A stretch of 26,357 nucleotides of DNA from the IMG/VR virus record IMGVR_UViG_3300020360_000012, positions 1 to 26,357 of that record; one strand, given 5' to 3'. The translations under genes were made by a program, and so were the position numbers. This DNA is from a virus. Taxonomy: Duplodnaviria > Caudoviricetes. A model generated the notes under the pieces. The model had not been told where the DNA came from, ran no database searches, and saw nothing but the letters and a program-made list of their open reading frames with translations. This document shows, in pieces, positions 25,096 through 26,357 of this stretch (position 1 is its first letter; each line of letters opens with the position of its first letter).

Positions 25096-25877
25096 TATTT
25101 GCCACGATATAGTCTATTAAAGTCTGCATCTACTTCTTTTACATATGCAGGGTCTCTATGTCGGCTATCAAAATAACGTGGGTCACGCATTTTTGCTCGT
25201 ACATCTTCAATAGTTAGTTGTGCTCGTGGCTGATATTGTTGTTGTGACCCAATAGATTGTTTATTGTTTTCCATAAGTGTTTCTAAAAACTCTATTCCTT
25301 CACTATCTTGTCCTAGTCTTTTTACAAGATATTCTGTTGTATCGGGTGTATATGCTACATCTAGCCACTTTTCTATTGCTTCTAATCGTGCTTCACCATT
25401 TTCTCCCAACTTTGCAAACTCTTCATCAGCATTGGGTGCTTGAGAGTGTACATGGTCAAAATAAGCATTGATACCTCTCTGAAATTCTTCTTGGGTATAC
25501 GCATTTTCTTTGCAATGGTCTGTCCACCATTTACCTATTTCTGAGTCTTGTGCCTCTTCAACAGTTATATTTTCTGGAAGTTCTGCCCACTCATATGTTT
25601 CTGGTGCATCTGCAATAGCTTCATCAGATAGTTCATTTATTATCTCATCTCTTAATTCTTCTTTTTTTCCTCCAACAAATTGTTCTAAATGTGCATTTGA
25701 TTTTAATAAATCATCTGTACGCACTTGTCCTGTTTCTGCGTTCCAAAACTTTTCTGGCACATTTTCTGGTCGTTCTGAAATTGTTTCACGTGAAACATTT
25801 TGAGTTTCATCAACAGGATTTACAGGTTGTACTTCATCTACATTTGGTTGTTCTTGTACTTGGGTTTCATCGGACAT
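25095..25877 (-). CDS. Capsid scaffolding protein
   Basis: Acidic; RPENVPEKFW near the N-terminus and MRDPRY.....DPAYVKEV at the C-terminus (T7 gp9-like); AAGGAG RBS. Confidence 0.85.
   Translation of the reverse strand: MSDETQVQEQPNVDEVQPVNPVDETQNVSRETISERPENVPEKFWNAETGQVRTDDLLKSNAHLEQFVGGKKEELRDEIINELSDEAIADAPETYEWAELPENITVEEAQDSEIGKWWTDHCKENAYTQEEFQRGINAYFDHVHSQAPNADEEFAKLGENGEARLEAIEKWLDVAYTPDTTEYLVKRLGQDSEGIEFLETLMENNKQSIGSQQQYQPRAQLTIEDVRAKMRDPRYFDSRHRDPAYVKEVDADFNRLYRGK
25782..25797. promoter_or_regulatory. parS: Perfect parS centromere palindrome
   Basis: TGTTTCACGTGAAACA, 16/16 identity to the widespread bacterial chromosomal parS consensus; encodes (N)VSRET in the scaffold N-terminus. 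Confidence 0.8.
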
Positions 25878-26157
25878 TTAGTTTCTCCTTTACTATGTTT
25901 TGGCTTAAACCTTTATTGGTTCTGCGCTGAATAAGTCCTACCAAATATCGTTGTCCTTCAAGATGTCGTAATGCAGAATCCGTTATCTCTGACCCTGCAA
26001 CTGCTTCTATTGTAATAGATTTAAGATATTCTAATACTTGTTTGCCGTTTGGCTGTTTGAAAACACTTTGAAACAAATCATTAAGTTGTGCTTCATCATC
26101 TGGTTTTCGTGTGAAATTATCAAGTCCAACTAAACTTTGGTTAGGAATTGGTTTCAT
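25867..26157 (-). CDS. Bbp19-like small protein between portal and scaffold
   Basis: FQSVF..PNGKQVLEYL.......LRHLEGQRYLV..I pattern and gene position. Confidence 0.7.
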   Translation of the reverse strand: MKPIPNQSLVGLDNFTRKPDDEAQLNDLFQSVFKQPNGKQVLEYLKSITIEAVAGSEITDSALRHLEGQRYLVGLIQRRTNKGLSQNIVKEKLNVR

Positions 26158-26163
26158 TGTAGT

Positions 26164-26192
26164 AACATACTATGTTATGTAACAGCTTTCAA
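26164..26192 (-). promoter_or_regulatory. Candidate internal sigma70 promoter for the head operon (possibly leaderless)
   Basis: TTGAAA (26192-26187), 17 nt, TATGTT (26169-26164). Predicted start falls at about ATG 26157, which has no SD. Palindrome TAACATA-C-TATGTTA (26163-26177) overlaps it. Confidence 0.5.
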
Positions 26193-26357
26193 GGCTTTAT
26201 TAACTTGGTCAGTAGAAACTGGGTTTCCTTCTTGTTGTTGTGTTTGTGCAAACTGTTGAAGTTGTTGTGCCGCTTCGGTCATTTCTTCATTACTGCGTAT
26301 TAATTCTTCTGGTACACCCAGTTTTTTTGCAATAAATTTGGCGGCCACATCTTGTTT
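26175..26357 (-). CDS. Portal (head-tail connector), C-terminal fragment
   Basis: Not in the track. KQDVAAKFIAKKLGVPEELIRSNEEMTEAAQQLQQFAQTQQQEGNPVSTDQVNKALKAVT*; the LGVP..LIR motif plus Q-rich tail is typical of T7 gp8-like portals. Confidence 0.82.
   Translation of the reverse strand, partial: KQDVAAKFIAKKLGVPEELIRSNEEMTEAAQQLQQFAQTQQQEGNPVSTDQVNKALKAVT

Noticed and set aside
26103-26118. Degenerate parS-like GTTTTCGTGTGAAATT
   Set aside because: About 10/16 match with a broken centre; within chance for AT-rich DNA.
26158-26185. Possible dif/Xer site (TTATGTAAC resembles a XerD arm)
   Set aside because: No XerC-like arm ending in ATAA at the 6-bp spacing.
1-26357. CRISPR array, tRNA, rRNA, integrase or IS element
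   Set aside because: No regularly spaced repeats, cloverleaf with T/D loops, or recombinase/transposase motifs were recognised by eye; tRNAscan and HMM searches would be needed to exclude them fully.

Overview
This window is most of the genome of an AT-rich tailed phage with a short-tail (podovirus-type) virion. It is probably marine and probably infects an alphaproteobacterium, resembling HTVC010P-type pelagiphage or BPP-1-like phages; host and taxon are inferred from protein motifs only. The + strand (567-6895) carries the early/replication arm: orphan genes, DUF932, an HTH protein, an XRE-HTH/DnaT-like initiator, a putative helicase loader, YqaJ exonuclease, Rad52/Sak-like annealase, SSB, a LexA-type DNA-binding-domain protein and an Hjc-like resolvase. 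The - strand (26357-6887) carries the late arm: portal C-terminus, Bbp19-like protein, scaffold, GNAT/gp13-like protein, major capsid, small decoration protein, tail tubular A and B, three internal virion proteins, an array of tail-fibre modules and a lysis cassette. A terminase small subunit runs off the left edge and the portal runs off the right edge, so TerL and most of the portal lie outside the window. No DNA or RNA polymerase, integrase, parAB or reverse transcriptase is seen. The most notable observations are: (1) a perfect 16-bp chromosomal parS centromere (TGTTTCACGTGAAACA) inside the scaffold gene; (2) a nested, three-way-junction inverted-repeat element between terS and the first early gene, with cGNAg triloop hairpins flanking that gene; (3) a long hairpin with a duplicated internal-loop motif just upstream of the capsid gene; (4) two switch-like structured intergenic elements in the early arm. 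All assignments come from reading motifs by eye; no database searches were run.
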